64,000 bases of DNA from Candidatus Poribacteria bacterium (lineage in GTDB: Bacteria > Poribacteria > WGA-4E > JAJDTR01), in the NCBI GenBank assembly GCA_965222225.1, contig CBDCTK010000002.1:5571098-5635097 (forward strand), in the 5' to 3' direction. The notes under the pieces are model-generated. The model was not told the origin of the DNA. It made no database searches and saw only the letters and a list, made by a program, of their open reading frames with translations. This document shows positions 31,259 to 44,560 of this stretch, in pieces (position 1 is the first letter of the stretch; every line of letters starts with the position of its first letter). A program made the translations under genes and the position numbers.

Positions 31259-32923
31259 TTACACGGTTCCGTAAGCTTCAACCAACCGCTTTGCCCTCCT
31301 TCGCAAGAAATATCGAAGTAGTCCGAACGCTACCACAATCAGCGGAATACCGAATACACAGATAAACCGAATGAACGACTTTTCACTTTCCGAGAGCTCC
31401 CTCAACGGTCGATCTGTGATGGCGTGTGATCTGATGCTGATTAGGTCCTCTCCAAAGGTAAGCCAATCCACCGCATTTAGGAAAAACTCCTGTCCATCCG
31501 GACGTCCCTGTTCCAAGAATTTTGAGTTCCCGACGATTACAATTTGCGTCGATTCACTTTCTGCTTTCGTTTCGCGATCTTCCGTGTCCGATTTTGGCGT
31601 CTCAGCGGCATCGGATTCATCAACTTCGGGGGGCGGAATTTCTTTGCCGGCGTAGAAACTCTTGAAAACACCCGACAATGCAGCCGCCACGGTGTAGGCG
31701 TTGGAGGTAGATCCTGACGGATTGAATCGGTTGGTTGGGGCGCCGGGATCCAGGTTGTAAGGGCTTTGGGTTGTCCAAGCGAAGTTACTGGTCTTGGCTA
31801 ACGCCGTTACCTGAATAGCACCACCCTCTGCTGGCAACAATTCAAGTGAACTAGTCCAAGGAAGTACCAACTTTTCCAACTCACTTGTGATAATGTGTTC
31901 GCTGGATAATCCGTCAGAACTTCCCCCCGACCCGTATCCGTACCGATTAAGCACCGCTATGAAGTACATATACTGTTGAATCGTGATGCCTCGCCCCGTA
32001 CTGAATTGGGTCATCTCACTTGAGCGATCGAGCACAAGGTTATTCCCAAGTTTAACGCCGTAATGCTCAAGCAAATCATTCAATCCGGTTGACAGAGGCG
32101 TTGCTTGTAGCCCAGAATCCTGGGTGCGGATCGAATCAATAAGAAACACCGCTCGCCCTCCCCGCATGATGTGTTGATCGATTTCATACTTATCACGCTC
32201 CGTAAATACGCTTTTGGGGCCTGCGATAACCAAGGTCGAGATATCCTGATCAATCTCCTCACTGTCTTCTATTGTGACCTTTCTAACATTGTACTGGCCT
32301 TCCTGATTCTTGTCCAGTTTCCGCCGCAACAAGGCAAAGGTTTGATCGTCAATATCCAGCTCTTCATGTCCAGCCAAAAACCCAACGGTTTTAATTTCCT
32401 TGGCGGTCACTTTGAGAATGGCGGAGGTCAGATCGTATTCAAGCGAAGCCGTGTCTTGAACGACGGGAAGTATTTCTTCCTTGCCTCCGTAAGCCACCGC
32501 AAGGCTCATGTATACGTTTGCAATCTCGGCTTTGTCCTTTTGGATGACGTTTACCTGCAGTTCGTGAATGCTTCTAAATCTCAGCTCCTGTTTCTCGCCT
32601 TCATCAAAACCGGCGGGATCAATGAAGTTGATTTGCAGCTGATTCGAGAAGGCGCGGTATTCGTCAAGCACATCGCGAACTTTTCGGCGCCTCTCGGCTA
32701 CTTGTGCTGGCTTTTTCGAAAAATAGGCGTTTATGGTTACAACGTCGTCCAATCGTTTCAGGACGTTTTTTGTCGAACCCGAAATGGTGTACCGTTTATC
32801 TTCCGTAAGGTCTGCTCGAACAAATCGACGGTATGAAATAAAGTTAATAACCGCGAGAATCAGAAGAATGACGAGCGCAAAAGCCAGGGCATTACTGCCG
32901 AGTATCCATGTTTTCTTTGCCAT
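31259..32923 (-). CDS. GldG-like ABC transporter auxiliary component
   Basis: RADLTEDKRYTIS, GFLAGHEE, LVIAGP and FLNAVDWL; C-terminal TM. Confidence 0.88.
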   Translation of the reverse strand: MAKKTWILGSNALAFALVILLILAVINFISYRRFVRADLTEDKRYTISGSTKNVLKRLDDVVTINAYFSKKPAQVAERRRKVRDVLDEYRAFSNQLQINFIDPAGFDEGEKQELRFRSIHELQVNVIQKDKAEIANVYMSLAVAYGGKEEILPVVQDTASLEYDLTSAILKVTAKEIKTVGFLAGHEELDIDDQTFALLRRKLDKNQEGQYNVRKVTIEDSEEIDQDISTLVIAGPKSVFTERDKYEIDQHIMRGGRAVFLIDSIRTQDSGLQATPLSTGLNDLLEHYGVKLGNNLVLDRSSEMTQFSTGRGITIQQYMYFIAVLNRYGYGSGGSSDGLSSEHIITSELEKLVLPWTSSLELLPAEGGAIQVTALAKTSNFAWTTQSPYNLDPGAPTNRFNPSGSTSNAYTVAAALSGVFKSFYAGKEIPPPEVDESDAAETPKSDTEDRETKAESESTQIVIVGNSKFLEQGRPDGQEFFLNAVDWLTFGEDLISIRSHAITDRPLRELSESEKSFIRFICVFGIPLIVVAFGLLRYFLRRRAKRLVEAYGTV

Positions 32924-32926
32924 AAT

Positions 32927-33646
32927 CTACCCCACTTTCTGCAATTGAACTCTTAGAGTACTCAGATAGAGGAAAAAACCGATTAAGGAGAAATAGTAGA
33001 TGAGATCTCGAGAATCAAGTACGCCACGAAGGAGACTGCTGAAATGAGTGCCCAATCCGAGATAGCTGAAAAGCGAAGCCAACCACGGACTGCGAATGTT
33101 GAATAACACAATATCCTCCCCGATGATGAGAAGTACAAAACACAGCCCGATTCCTACGATGAAACTGATAATTTGATTCTCGGTCAATGTGGACGCGAAC
33201 AGCCCGATGGAAAGGTAAGCCGCCCCCATGAGCAGCAAACCGATGTATCCGCCGACGATGGGGCCGCCGTCGGGATCGCCGAGTGAGGCTACCGCAATTG
33301 GAAGCGAAAGAGACAACAGAATGGTTACACCGAGCAACGCAAAACTCGCCAGGTATTTCCCGAGGACTACCTCGTAGTCCCTTATCGGCAAGGTCATCAG
33401 AATCTCAACCGTACCAAGTTTGCGCTCCTCCGCCCACAGTTTCATCGTGACCGCGGGAACAAAAAAGAGATACAACCAAGGCATGATGGTAAAGAAGCCG
33501 CGCATGTTCGCTTGGCTAATGATGAAAAAGCCGCGAAAGAAAAACCACGCGGAAAGGGCGAGGAAAAATGTAATAAAGATGTACGCGATCGGTGAATTAA
33601 AGTAGCTCCTGAATTCTTTCTTAAAAATTGCCGCAATGTTGTTCAT
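32927..33646 (-). CDS. GldF-like ABC-2 permease
   Basis: KEFRSYFNSPIAY, TMKLWAEERKLGT and VLGKY. Confidence 0.9.
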   Translation of the reverse strand: MNNIAAIFKKEFRSYFNSPIAYIFITFFLALSAWFFFRGFFIISQANMRGFFTIMPWLYLFFVPAVTMKLWAEERKLGTVEILMTLPIRDYEVVLGKYLASFALLGVTILLSLSLPIAVASLGDPDGGPIVGGYIGLLLMGAAYLSIGLFASTLTENQIISFIVGIGLCFVLLIIGEDIVLFNIRSPWLASLFSYLGLGTHFSSLLRGVLDSRDLIYYFSLIGFFLYLSTLRVQLQKVG

Positions 33647-33652
33647 AATCGG

Positions 33653-34606
33653 TTAAGCTGCCACCTCCTTATTATCGGATTCACCCGTCAGTTCCAGGAA
33701 CACATCTTCCAAGCTGACGGATTCTTGACGCAACTGCGTTAAACTCCAGCCGTTCTGAACCACAAATTGGAACAGTTCCTCGGCAGCGTTCTTTCCCTTA
33801 TCAGAAGTGACTCGGTAGTTGAACAATCCATCAGCCGTATCCACGCGATTGAATTCATTAACAAAATTCAAATCCCGAAGTTTAGATTCAATCTCCTCCG
33901 CAGGTCCGCGGATGGTGATATCCACCACTTCTCCTCCTTTAGCTCGATCCGCGAGACTCTCCGGGCTACCGTTGGCGACAATCTTCCCGTCATTGATAAT
34001 CAGAATTCGACTGCACGTCGCCGAAACTTCGGGCAGAATGTGCGTACTAAAGATGATTATCTTTTCTTTGCCAACTTCTTTTATGAGATTGCGGATCTCG
34101 ATAATTTGACTGGGATCCAAACCGGAGGTCGGTTCGTCCAAGATAAGAATAGGCGGGTCGTGAATGAGGCTTTGTGCCAAGCCTAATCGTTGACGATATC
34201 CCTTCGAAAGCTCGCCCACGTCCTTCTGGATGACGCTTTCAAGACCGCAAATATCTATAACCTCTTTCGTCCGCTGCTGCCGCTGGCTCTTGGGAATGTC
34301 ACGCACCTGCGCGATGAACTTGAGATAATCTATCACACCCATGTCCGTATATAGCGGGGCGCTTTCGGGCAAGTAACCGATTCGTTTTCGGACTTCGACC
34401 GATTCGTCGAACACATCATATCCGTCAACCGTAACGTTCCCTTCATCGGCGGAAAGATAGCAGGTCAGCACACGCATGGTTGTCGTCTTGCCCGCACCGT
34501 TTGGTCCAAGAAAACCCAACACCTCCCCTGTTTTAGCACTAAAGGATACATTGTCTACGGCAACGGTTGGACCATAGCGTTTGGTAAGGTTCTTGACTTC
34601 AATCAT
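33653..34606 (-). CDS. GldA-like ABC transporter ATP-binding protein
   Basis: GPNGAGKT, LSKGYRQR, LILDEPTSGLD and SLEDVFLELT. Confidence 0.92.
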   Translation of the reverse strand: MIEVKNLTKRYGPTVAVDNVSFSAKTGEVLGFLGPNGAGKTTTMRVLTCYLSADEGNVTVDGYDVFDESVEVRKRIGYLPESAPLYTDMGVIDYLKFIAQVRDIPKSQRQQRTKEVIDICGLESVIQKDVGELSKGYRQRLGLAQSLIHDPPILILDEPTSGLDPSQIIEIRNLIKEVGKEKIIIFSTHILPEVSATCSRILIINDGKIVANGSPESLADRAKGGEVVDITIRGPAEEIESKLRDLNFVNEFNRVDTADGLFNYRVTSDKGKNAAEELFQFVVQNGWSLTQLRQESVSLEDVFLELTGESDNKEVAA

Positions 34607-34725
34607 GTCGATTGACTCCTACACCATATTCAACTAAATGAAGTTTTGATGTAACATTTGTGTCGTACATGTTGAACGGCTATCCATTGGCACGACAATG
34701 GAAGGCGATAGTCCAACAGCCCGAA

Positions 34726-34754
34726 ATGTTATCATCTAATAAAAATTCCGTCAA
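34726..34754 (-). promoter_or_regulatory. Sigma70-type promoter for the ABC operon
   Basis: Minus strand TTGACG, 17-bp spacer, TAACAT. Confidence 0.45.
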
Positions 34755-35007
34755 GTTAAAATAACGATTTTGCTTGACTTTTGGCTTACAGTTACTGTAC
34801 GATTATCATGTGGAAATCTTAACTATTCGGGATGGCGTGGTCGTACAAGGCGGTACGTTGATTTAGATATGGTGGGTTAGTTCGAGAAGGGCTTTAGAAG
34901 AAAGGGGAAACCGCATCACGATATTAAAGCATATCGTGGTAAAATGGGGGCGAAATCATAGTCTATATTTTAGGGACTCGCACGTAATTGTTTGAAAATA
35001 TAATGCA

Positions 35008-35095
35008 CAACCGTTGGGGGTGCTTTTGAGCCAATTCAAGAGCTGAGAACACACCCTTTGAACCTGACCTGGATTATACCAGCGTAGGAAGACAC
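35008..35095 (+). promoter_or_regulatory. TPP riboswitch
   Basis: GGGGTGC..GCTGAGA..ACCCTTTGAACCTGA..GGATTATACCAGCGTAGGAAG consensus upstream of thiC. Confidence 0.95.
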
Positions 35096-35152
35096 AAGTT
35101 GACGAAGTGAAAGCCGTTTTGTAGGTCTTTGTATTGGGCTTTCGTTTCAAGG

Positions 35153-35187
35153 AGCCGCCTTCCTTAGCTGGGAGGCGGCTTTTTTTG
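35153..35187 (+). terminator. Riboswitch-controlled intrinsic terminator
   Basis: AGCCGCCTTCC-loop-GGGAGGCGGCT followed by a T-run, between the aptamer and thiC. Confidence 0.88.
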
Positions 35188-35288
35188 TGATTTTAGAGTT
35201 AGATTATTTGGACGTTTCAGATTGGACTCAAGTTCCTTTTGGATCCTAAATGGATTAAGATAGCTTTTACATGCCTAGGCATAGTTAG

Positions 35289-37244
<1,956 letters not shown>

Positions 37245-37249
37245 ACGTG

Positions 37250-37302
37250 AAAGACTGGAAGGGCGGAAGATTGGAAGGATGGAAGAACGGAAGGTTGGAA
37301 GT
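37250..37302 (+). repeat. GGAAGNNY 8-bp-period purine-rich repeat tract
   Basis: GGAAGGGC GGAAGATT GGAAGGAT GGAAGAAC GGAAGGTT GGAAG; similar tracts near 29820, 29915, 55685 and 56550, inverted near 48010. Confidence 0.8.
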
Positions 37303-37389
37303 GCTGAGTTTTTCCGTTTTCCGATCTTGTCTTCCATTTTTTCGTGGTATTAAAGAACCATTATACTGAAATCTGCTTTACTGGTGCTT

Positions 37390-38550
37390 ATGCGGGGATT
37401 GAAAGAGCGTGTCGTCATCATTGGCGGCGGGATAATCGGGCTTGGGATCGGTTGGCAACTTGCGAAATCGGGATGTGTAGTTACTATCTACGAGCGTGAC
37501 CGTGCCGGACGCGCGGCGTCGTGGGCAGCGGCGGGAATGCTTGCGCCTATCGCCGAAGTCCATTTTGAGGAGCAGGAGCTACTTGAGCTTGGCAGCGTCA
37601 GCCTTCGACTTTATCCGGAGTGGGTACGGGAACTTGAAGTTGACAGCCAGATGTGCGTGGGATACCGCCGAGAAGGAACGCTTATCGTGGGCGTTGATCG
37701 GGATGACGCCGGTTTGCTCCAACACTTTTACGATTCCCAAAGGCTCTTGGGACTCAAGGCGGAGTGGTTGACAGGCGCCGAAGCACGAGATATTGAACCA
37801 CTTCTGTCGCCCCAAATTAGTGCCGCCATCTCTTGCCCCGACGACCATCAGGTTGATAATCGCTTGATGGTGAGCGCGCTAATCGCCGCTTTTCAGAGGG
37901 CGGGCGGGACGCTATCCGAAAACACCCCCATCAAGAAGATTGAGGTGCAAAACGGCAAGGCAAGAGGTGCTTGGACAGAGGAGAAACTTCACGAAGCTGA
38001 TGTAATTGTTCTCGCGGCTGGATGCTGGTCCGCCGAAATTGACGGTTTGCCAGATCCAATTTCACCGCCGGTTCGGCCTGTCAAGGGACAGATGCTGGCG
38101 TTGCAGATGGAGTCGGGCATCACGCCACAAAGGGTTATCCGCACACCACGAGCGAAGTACAACACAAATGCCTATCTTGTGCCCAAAGCCAGTGGGCGGC
38201 TCATTGTCGGCGCGACCAGCGAGGAGATGGGCTTTGATACACAACTCACGGCGGGCGGGTTATTTGAGCTGCTCCGCAGCGCTTGGGAGGCGGTGCCGGG
38301 GATTTATGAATTGCCTGTCTTGGAAACATGGGCGGGTTTGCGACCCGGCAGCCGAGACAATGCGCCTATCCTCGGCGGGACTTCTGTTGAGAACCTGATA
38401 ATGGCTACCGGGCACTACCGGAATGGCATTCTGCTCACGCCGGTTACCGCGCGTGAAATTTCTTCTCTCATTTTGACGGGACATCCTACCGAGGTCATAG
38501 CGCCGTTTCCGTTGTCGCGGTTCCACCAATCCGTTAGCAGGTCGGTGTAA
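37390..38550 (+). CDS. thiO: Glycine oxidase
   Basis: GGGIIG, ASWAAAGML, PVKGQ, AGLRP and GHYRNGILL; lies between thiC and thiS. Confidence 0.93.
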   Translation: MRGLKERVVIIGGGIIGLGIGWQLAKSGCVVTIYERDRAGRAASWAAAGMLAPIAEVHFEEQELLELGSVSLRLYPEWVRELEVDSQMCVGYRREGTLIVGVDRDDAGLLQHFYDSQRLLGLKAEWLTGAEARDIEPLLSPQISAAISCPDDHQVDNRLMVSALIAAFQRAGGTLSENTPIKKIEVQNGKARGAWTEEKLHEADVIVLAAGCWSAEIDGLPDPISPPVRPVKGQMLALQMESGITPQRVIRTPRAKYNTNAYLVPKASGRLIVGATSEEMGFDTQLTAGGLFELLRSAWEAVPGIYELPVLETWAGLRPGSRDNAPILGGTSVENLIMATGHYRNGILLTPVTAREISSLILTGHPTEVIAPFPLSRFHQSVSRSV

Positions 38551-38562
38551 AGGAAGTAACCA

Positions 38563-38769
38563 ATGGACATACGAATCAACGGCGAACCCAAGACTGTACC
38601 GCAGGGCTTGACGCTGCAACAACTGCTACTGGACATGCAGATTGATCCGTCGCAGCCGGGGATTGCCGTTGCGCTTGACCTTGAGGTGATTCCCAGGAAA
38701 CGGTGGCGGGAGTTGGAGATTCCGCCTACCAGCGAGATTGAAATCATCCACGCCGTCCAGGGAGGTTAG
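38563..38769 (+). CDS. thiS: Sulfur carrier protein
   Basis: 68 aa with ING, IAVA and C-terminal GG. Confidence 0.95.
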   Translation: MDIRINGEPKTVPQGLTLQQLLLDMQIDPSQPGIAVALDLEVIPRKRWRELEIPPTSEIEIIHAVQGG

Positions 38770-39016
38770 CCCGCAAAGTTTACATGTCTAAAGTTTACAT
38801 GTCTTTGGTGTAACTGTAGCACGTAACGATAGAAATAGGTTCAAGCTTGCCGCAAAATCACACCGCAATCTCCTTTCACGAAAACAACAATTCCTTCCTT
38901 TTTTCGCGCAGGTTAGATGTTACCGGGCATATTTCTATGACGCCTCGGCACTATCCTCCTGCGCGTGACAACTTGCCTTGCCGAGAGGCGAAGTCTAGAT
39001 TTCTCAGGAGTCGACT

Positions 39017-40033
39017 TTGACTTACAGACGAAACATCATTATCGCACTTTCCTCCCTCGTTTCCGTTTTTGTCATGGGAGTGCTGGGTTATACAATCATA
39101 GAGCGGGATAACGCTGACCACGAGTGGTCACTGTTCGACGCCATTTATATGACAATTATCACCTTGACTACTGTCGGCTATGATGATGAAAACATGTCCG
39201 TTGGCGGGAAGGTCTTCACCGTTTTTCTGCTAATCGGAGGATTTGGTGTGTTTGTCTATGGCATTAACGCCTCAACCGCCTTTATTATTGAAGGACAATT
39301 CCAAAAGATTTATCGGAGACGAAAGATGATAAAAGCCATTGATAAATTGTCAAATCACTACATTATCTGCGGGTTGGGTGACACGGGTATCCATTCGCTT
39401 GATGAGTTACTTCAGATGGAGGTCGATTTCGTCGCCATTGAGCGTGAAGAATCTCGAATTGAACAGCTGCTAGAGACCAGAAAATTTCTTTATGTCGCCG
39501 GAGATGCCACGGACGATGAAGTGCTCATCCGCGCCGGAATTGAACGAGCGCGTGGATTAATTTCCAGTCTCTCCACGGATCAGGATAACCTATTCACTGT
39601 TTTGTCGGCGAAGCAGTTGAATCCGGATTTGTGTGTCGTGTCAAAGGCTGTCGAGGACAATTCACCCTCTAAACTATTGAAGGCGGGGGCGGCAGATGTG
39701 GTCCTTGCAGATCAGATTGGCGGCGTGCGATTGGCGGCACGTGTCATGCGACCCGATGTTGTGGATTTCTTGGATATTATGATTAAAGACCAGGAAACCA
39801 CACGATTCACTCAATCGGTCATTCGGAAAGACTCACAGTTAATCGGATTAACGCTTGGCAAGGCGCAAATTCCGGATCGGACGGGATTGGTTACGGTTGC
39901 TGTCCGAAGTCGGGAGGGCAGGTTTGAATACAACCCTGCCGCGGACTTGAAGCTGGGACAGGGCGATGCGCTCATCGTCATCGCGGGCAATGAACAGTTG
40001 CAGAAACTCCACGAACTTACGGGCGATATTTAG
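39017..40033 (+). CDS. Potassium channel family protein (2TM pore plus RCK/TrkA-N and TrkA-C)
   Basis: TLTTVGY pore, HYIICGLG, GDATD and AGIERA. Confidence 0.9.
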   Translation: MTYRRNIIIALSSLVSVFVMGVLGYTIIERDNADHEWSLFDAIYMTIITLTTVGYDDENMSVGGKVFTVFLLIGGFGVFVYGINASTAFIIEGQFQKIYRRRKMIKAIDKLSNHYIICGLGDTGIHSLDELLQMEVDFVAIEREESRIEQLLETRKFLYVAGDATDDEVLIRAGIERARGLISSLSTDQDNLFTVLSAKQLNPDLCVVSKAVEDNSPSKLLKAGAADVVLADQIGGVRLAARVMRPDVVDFLDIMIKDQETTRFTQSVIRKDSQLIGLTLGKAQIPDRTGLVTVAVRSREGRFEYNPAADLKLGQGDALIVIAGNEQLQKLHELTGDI

Positions 40034-40559
40034 AAACGGGAAGGTTAGAAGGTTCGAATGAGGAATGAATGTCGGAGCATCTCGTATAGAGGGCCCGTGC
40101 TTGTGTGAAAAGTAACGGTATTCTTTTTGAAAACTCCGCATTGTTGCTCGATCATCCCATCAGAAGGCGGTTTTGAATTGTCAGATCGTCGATTCCACAC
40201 GACTGTTCAACTTTCCTTTCTTGTTTCACCTGTACTTTTCGATTGAGTTTTCCCCTGAGGTTTTCCACCATTGGTTTGATTTGAAAATACCGGTTCCCCA
40301 TGATAAAATGATTAGTAACATCTGGCTGTTATCCGGCCACTGAGTCCCACATGTGCTAGCGAGGCCAATCTTTTGTGTTGACTGATTGTCATACTTCGAT
40401 CCTCGCTTTGCGCAGTATTTATCTGCCCCGTACTATTGATAGTCCTTGTTCCTTTTAACCTCAATTCATAAAAGGAACTCCCCATATTCAAAAAATGCAC
40501 CGTAGTCCGAAAAGTATATGCTAACATCAACCGAAAACTCCCAGGGGGGTCAGAATTGG

Positions 40560-42559
40560 ATGGCTACGAAACATACTAAACCGTGGCTTGAGGATGTAGA
40601 TGGAGCGCAGGTACCTCAAATAATCGAGTGTGATGCAGATATTGTCTTGGTTGAAGCTGGCCCTGGCACTGGTAAGACTTTCGGTTTGGCTCGGCGAGTG
40701 CAACGTATTCTCCATCCAGATGGACTAAATGTCCTAGGTAAGAATATATTAGTGGTGGCATTCAATCGTGTAATCGCGAAGCAATTGAGACAAGATATTA
40801 GTGATTGTATAAAACATTCTCCCCACAAAGGTAAACCTGTTATTCGTACAGTCCATGCCCTGTGCTTACAGGTTATAGGTAGCGGGCTGCGAATACTGCT
40901 ACCACACGAGGTGGAGATGATGATTTTTGACATTATCTGCAAATACCCTCAACTCCATGAGGAATATGAAACTCAACCTCGCGCTCAGCAAGCCTTTAAT
41001 AACCACGTCGCTAAGATTGAAGAGCATGTGAAGTTGTGGCAAGCTGTTCGTGAGTGGCTCTTACAACACAAGGCGAACATTATTAGTGACTTGCCAAGTC
41101 TTCTTCTTGATAGTCTTCAAGGGGGGATTTCACCGATATGACTTTTGAGCATGTAATAGTCGATGAATTCCAAGACCTAACACCAGGCGAACAGGAGTTA
41201 TTTCTTCGTCTTAGAAGTGAAACGGGCAAGTTCGTTGCTCTGGGTGACCCGCGCCAGTCTATCTATGCGTTTCGAGGAAATGACCGAGAAGGCTTGGACA
41301 AAATAGAAGAACTTCCCGCATCATCAGGAGGCGCTATAGAGAAGGTCTCAATGACTGAATGTCATCGTTGCCCAAAAAAAATTGTGAAGGCCGCGAATCA
41401 ATTGATGGGACTATATCGGACGGAACCAATGATACCCATAAATGAGGGCGGGGACAACACACATGTAGTGTACTGGAAATCAGAGCAAGCCGAAGCGAAA
41501 GGCATGGCGCAGGCAATTGAAAAAAATATTCAGGCGTTTCCAATCCAAAAGCACTTAGCAATGGTTACCCGTCGCCAGTTTGGTTATTGGCTTCGAGACA
41601 AAATCAACGAGCTTAATCGAGATTTGAAAATTGAACTCAGTTTTTCGGAAAGCCTATTGCAAACGTGGGCAGTACACGAAGCCTTTCTTTATTTTTGCCT
41701 CTTAGTGGATCCCGATGCGCCGACTTGGCGAGCATGGCTCGGGTATCAAGATTCTAGCAGTGGGGAAACATTCAAACCACAAGATCGTAATGCCAATGCA
41801 TACCTAAAGTTCTTAGCTAGCTGTGCGGACAGCATAACAAAAGCAGAAATCATAAAGCTTGCCCAGTCTTCTAAGCAGCCACCAGGTAGGGGAGGCAAGA
41901 ATCTTAAGGGACGTGCAATACGGTACCTTGATCTGACAAGGCAGTTGCAATGGGACGGGGTAGACGGTTTGACATTATTGGAAGAAATCTTTTGTCCATG
42001 CAGATGGATCTTTGATACATCACCCGATCCTGAAACAGCGAGAATTGATATGGGACAGTTACTGTCTAAGGCCCAAAACATTTATCAAGAGTTAATGTCA
42101 GAAGACCCCGATTCTACCGTTCAACAAAAGCTCAAGGAAGTTGCTGGAATGCTTAGATATCAGATCGCGACTCGAGAACCTCTTGCACCTAGCGAACAAT
42201 CGGATCTACAAGTTGCAACCTTGTGGGGCGCGAAAGGTGTTACGGCAGATCATGTCTATGTACTTGGCCTTTGTGACGAAGCCATGCCAGGGGCTCCGCG
42301 TGATGAATATCCCCTAACAGACGAAGATTACTTCCAAGAACAGAAAAGGTTATTCTACGTTTCCATTACCCGATCCAGGAAAACCTTGGTGTTATCTCGC
42401 GCAACGTCCATTCCCTACGGCCTCGCTGCTCAACTTGGTTTAGCCGAGGGCCATGGAAGCCCATATCGTAGATACTTGAAAATGTCCCAATACCTGCGGG
42501 ATATCATACAATATCTTCCCGAAGCTCAAAGAGGTGAGGAGTGGAATGGGTGTGTGTAA
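40560..42559 (+). pseudogene. UvrD/REP-family SF1 helicase split by a frameshift in a G6 run (41121-41126)
   Basis: AGPGTGKT and TVHAL in the first ORF; VDEFQD, GDPRQSIYAFRG, AKG and RLFYVSITR in the second; one extra G fuses them. Confidence 0.85.
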
Positions 42560-44560
42560 ATACGCAAATCTGGATATTGATAATTAGTGACTCTGTTAGG
42601 TGTTCGTGTATTGCATCTGCAAAACCATGACATAGACCAATTCTATGAAAAAAATACCTAGATTTAACCGTTTTCGAGGACCTTTCTGAAAATAGATGGT
42701 TTAGCTTCGGAGTCGTCGGATGAGTGTGCAAAGTATCGGGCTTTCAAGGCATTTCCTCCAAATTCGATTGATGGAAGATTTGACACGCTGACGGTCGAAG
42801 AGGAACTTTGACGTCTTTTCTTGGGGTGTCCAATTTCTTTAGACATCTTTCCAAAATAATCTCGGAGCCCAATGGCGTCTGCCTTTGCTCTAATTCGCTT
42901 GGGAATGATGCCAATCGTCAGAACTCGAATGGCGTCTGAATTCTGTTCATTACATTGCGTTCATTAGGAAAGACGTCTTTTATATGCAATACGGTGAAAC
43001 GAAACCTTCCATTGCTGGAACGTCTGTTTCCTGCGCCTATGTCCGAGAGTAAAATCAACTTACTGTAAACGGCAGATTAAATTGACTTCTGGTGAGTTAT
43101 GAACTTAGTGGAGTATATTGAGAAGTACCAAAGACAAATACATCAGGATAGCGAAAAATTGTTTGTCGAAGATTTCTTGTATCCATTGCTAGGTTCCAAA
43201 ATCGAGGCAATAATACCGCAATATCCCTTTATAGATAGCACGGGAAGACATAGGCGCATTGATTTTGTATATCGAGGGCCTACTTCACCTCTGGCGTTTG
43301 AGGTGAACGGCGAATCGTATCATGCAGAAGGAGTCATCCCAGACGAGATGTTTGATGACAACCTTTTCCGTCAAAATGAAATATTGCGTTCTGGCTATAA
43401 GCTCCTACGGTTCTCCTACAGTCAACTCCAATCTCCGAAGTGGAGATTGATAGTCCAAGAAATGCTTAGAGATTTCCTAGGGACACATGCACCAGAATTA
43501 ATTATGGAATATGAATTGGAACTTTCTTTTCTTCAGAATGAAGTTCTTGAAGCTATTGACTTCTATCGCAATCAGCGGAGTTGGCGTAAAGGGGTAATCA
43601 TCTTGCCAACAGGGACAGGTAAGACCATCCTTTCCGCCATAGACGCGAAAAGGTCTGGAGGACGAGTGCTCTTCTTGGTTCACAGGTTAGACATTCTAAA
43701 ACAGAGTACAGATGCTTATAAGAAGGTTTGGCCCGATATGAAAATGGGTATTTTGACAGGCGAGGCGAGAGAAAATGAAAAAAGCTGCGACGTGCTGTTC
43801 GCGTCAAAAGACACATTACGTCAACCCTCTGAATTGATGCGGTTTGGACGATCTTGGTTCGATTACATTGTCGTTGATGAGGTCCATCACGGACAAAGTC
43901 CAACCTATCGGGAGGTCCTATCTTATTTTGACCCGTCATTCATGCTAGGCATGACGGCAACTCCGGATCGCGTTGACCGAAAAGATATTTTCGAGTTGTT
44001 TGACTATAACAAAATTTATGAAATTCCACTCTCAGAAGTAATCGAGCGTGGTTATCTTGTTCCTTATACGTATCATGGTCTAACGGACAATATTGATTAT
44101 TCAAGAATATCTTACCAAAATCAAAAGTACAGAGTTGACGATCTTGAACGGCATCTGATTGTCCCGGAGCGCAATGAGGCAATACTCAAAGAGTATCTCG
44201 AAAAAGGAAATGGTGATAAGGCTATAGGCTTTTGCGTTTCAGTAAAACATGCTGACAGAATGACGGCATATTTTGTTAACCGTGGAATCTCCGCAGTGCC
44301 AATTCATTCTGGAACCACCAACAGAGACAAGCTTATCTCCGATTTTCGGGAGAATAAATACCAAGTAGCTTTTACGGTGGACCTTTTTAATGAAGGAGTA
44401 GATTTTCCCAACGTTCGCGTGCTACTTTTTCTGCGCCCAACTGAGTCGAAGACGGTTTTTGTTCAGCAACTTGGTCGAGGACTACGTTTATGTGCAGGAA
44501 AAGAAAGAGTGAGGATTCTTGATTTCATTGGAAATTACAAGCGTGCCAATCTAATCAGGA

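Noticed and set aside
40560-42559. Gabija system
   Set aside because: No GajA (OLD/TOPRIM ATPase-nuclease) gene is adjacent.
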